Source: Lama glama (lineage: Eukaryota). From it: DNA of 64,000 nucleotides. A model generated the notes under the pieces. That model saw nothing but the letters and a program-made list of their open reading frames with translations. It was not told the DNA's origin and made no database searches. Positions 61,617 through 64,000 of the stretch are shown piece by piece; position 1 is the stretch's first letter; each line of letters starts with the position of its first letter. Both the position numbers and the translations under genes were made by a program. Location: the NCBI GenBank assembly GCA_028534125.1, contig CM052817.1, forward strand, positions 107,138,001-107,202,000, read 5' to 3'.

Positions 61617-62259
61617 GTATTGCTCTTGAATTTGTGTTCCTCCTGGCGTCTTGTTTTTCTGGTTCAAATGCTCCCCGTGTTGGCTTCCGTAGGAAATGTC
61701 ATGCCCATGACCTGTCATTGCGAAGCAGTGACAAATGAGTTTTTGCAGAAAGATGAGTGTGTGCATCAGTGTACTTGCTACGGTCCTTCCCTTCGTCCCT
61801 TTAAGACAGGAGGGGAGGGATGTGAAGAAAATGAAGCTGTGGGCAATCTGAGAGCGTTCGCACTTGGCTTTGGAACACAGTCAGATTCCACCTAGGCTGT
61901 GACATTCACACACGTCCCCCGTTCTCGTGCTGCTTTGTGAGTGGGTGGTGTGAAAGGGGAGGCCTGTGCTGGGACTTCCTCCACAAACCCAGAAACCCGC
62001 CCAGGGCTCTAAAACCCACTGTGTGGATCACGCCTTGAAGCCAGACCATCCAGGCTGTGGAACCAGAGGGCTCCTAGGAACCTTGTCTTATTTCCGTTCT
62101 GATGTGGATGCAGCCATGAGTCTGTGCAATCTCCCCGGAAATGGAAAAGAGCACGGGTGACTTTAGAAGCAAAATTTGAGAAATGGGACTTTTTTTTTCC
62201 AGGCAGGCCCTTAGCCTGGTAATTGAACATATATCAATTAAGCATTAACTGGATTTCTT

Positions 62260-62760
62260 TTTTCTCTTTTTTTATATTGAAGTATAGTTGATTTACAATG
62301 TTGTGTTAATTTCTGGTGTACAGCATAGTGATTCAGTTACACACATACATGTATATATATATTCCTTTTCATATTCTTTTTCATTACAGGTTATTACAAG
62401 GTATTGAATATAGTTCCCTGCGCTGTACAGTAGGACCTTATTGTTCATCCACTCTGTTTTTTGTTTCATTTTGTTTTGCTTGGTTTTTGTTTTTCGAGTT
62501 TTTTGGGGGGCGGGGGAAGGTAATTGAGTTTATTTATTTTAACAGAGGTACCGGGGAATTGAACCCAGGACCTCATGCTTGCTAAGCACGCGCTCTACCA
62601 CTGAGCTGTACCCTCCCCCGTTCATCTCTTCTGTACACAGTAGTGTGTATCTGCTAATCCCAAACTCCCAATTTACCCCTCCCTCCCCGCTGCCCCACTG
62701 GTAACCACAGGTTTGCTCCCTATGTCTGTGAGTCTCTTTCTATTTTGTGAATAAGTTCAG
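62260..62760 (-). mobile_element. L1 3' end with 14-bp TSD, containing a nested SINE
   Basis: TSD TAACTGGATTTCTT at 62246-62259 and 62761-62774. Confidence 0.92.
62455..62619 (-). mobile_element. tRNA-Ala-derived SINE nested in an L1 3' end
   Basis: Core motif; flanked by GTTCATC..TCTGT repeats within L1 3'UTR sequence. Confidence 0.85.
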
Positions 62761-63879
62761 TAACTGGATTTCTTAAGACAATCCAGTCCAGCCTCAGACA
62801 GTAAGGGTTAACGAAGGAAAACCCTCCTTCTGGCCCAACCCTGGGCAGTACGAGCTCGGTCTCTGAAGCCGCACAGATGTGGGCTTGACTCCCGAGCTGT
62901 GACCCTGGCTGCGAGCTCACCTCCCCGTCAGCTGCCCCCGCACCACGTGGCAGCGTTCCGAGGGCCCGCTTCCTAAGACCACCTGGGTTCCGATCCCAGT
63001 CCTGCCACCCACCAGCTGTGAACGGGCACAGTTCCTTAACCTGTGCGCCCCCGCTGCTCACCATGACTCTCAGCCTGGACCTTGTTGGGCTGCTGTGAAT
63101 AAGCCTCTGTGAAGGGCTGGGCACAGAGCCCCGCACACGGCAACACTGTGTGTTTAACGGCGTTAGTTAAGACGTGCAGACTCACTCTGGGGACACGAGG
63201 AATGCACTCCGCACCGTGCCCGGCGCGGGGCTGACACCCGACTTCAGCGATCAGTGCTGTGGTTACTGTACTTCTGTCACTCAGGGCCGGTTACACAGAG
63301 TGAAGCCTCAGCTTCCTGCACTGTGTCCTCATCCACTCAGGCCGTAAAGAGAAAGATCAGAACGTTGACTGAGTGTCAGACGTGGCCACCAGCGGGAAGG
63401 GGACGAACCCCAAAGCAAGGCAGCTGGTTTGAACAGTCTAGAAGCCTTGCTGCTTCTCCTTGGGTGATGCCCGGCTTCTGTGCACGGCTGTCATTCTGTC
63501 TGTCTGTCTTGAGTGTGTGCAGCTGTGCATCCAGGATCCACGTCAACCCCGACGTGGCCTTCCAAGAAGGGAGTCCTTCCATTTCTTTCAATGCAATGTC
63601 ACAGATGACTGTAAATCACCACTATGGGTGGTAGCCCCGTCCTCTTAACCCCTGTGGGGCTGGCCATGAGCCCCTTGGAGACCTCCCCACCCTGAGGCTC
63701 ACGCACAAGTAGCTCTCATTGGGCTCTTGAAGTGAGGGCCGTTGCTGGTCACCGGCACATTTTCTTGGCTCTGGCCTTTTGACAGTAATTATTTTCAAAG
63801 ATGTAACAATCTTCAGATAACAGTCTTCAGCAAGTCTTCCTCCCCTCTGCCCACCGCACCCCAAGGGGTATGTTGTTGG

Positions 63880-64000
63880 GTTTTTTTTTCAATTCTTATT
63901 TTTTATTGAAAGGTAGTCGATTTACAATGTTAGTTTCAGGTGTGCAGCAAAGCGATTCAGTTATATATATATATATACATGTTTCTAGATTCTTTTCCAT
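63880..64000 (-). mobile_element. L1 3' end (runs off the window)
   Basis: T tail then GATTTACAATGTTAGTTTCAGGTGTGCAGC. Confidence 0.85.

Noticed and set aside
61539..61895. 118-aa ORF extending SPMIP2 exon 2
   Set aside because: Similarity to C4orf45 ends at the GT donor at 61617; the rest is intron read-through.
1..64000. CRISPR-like or other regularly spaced repeat system
   Set aside because: Recurrent motifs are dispersed retroposon copies with irregular spacing; no repeat-spacer array or prokaryotic genes.

Overview
Mammalian genomic DNA, very probably camelid (inferred from numerous tRNA-Ala-derived Vic-1-type SINEs and a recurrent young L1 3' end). The one recognisable protein-coding gene is SPMIP2 (C4orf45) on the + strand. 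Coding exon 1 (23302-23365) and coding exon 2 (61384-61616) splice in frame across a ~38 kb intron, and the rest of the gene lies beyond the window. Intron 1 holds an antisense, full-length but decayed ferritin light chain (FTL) processed pseudogene, a ~450 bp compound (TG)n microsatellite, and many L1, SINE, MaLR and hAT relics. Two orphan CpG islands upstream (~4570-5370, ~16020-16500) carry strong + strand splice donors. Best leads: (i) a well-formed antisense exon inside intron 1 (46736-46397), possibly LTR/RFX-driven; (ii) a possible spliced 70-aa upstream ORF joining the 16.3 kb CpG island to SPMIP2 exon 1; (iii) dispersed RFX X-boxes; (iv) an ORF1-only L1 relic. No prokaryote-type system (CRISPR etc.) is present. 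Gene and repeat identities are by recall and visual comparison, not database search, and repeat boundaries are approximate.
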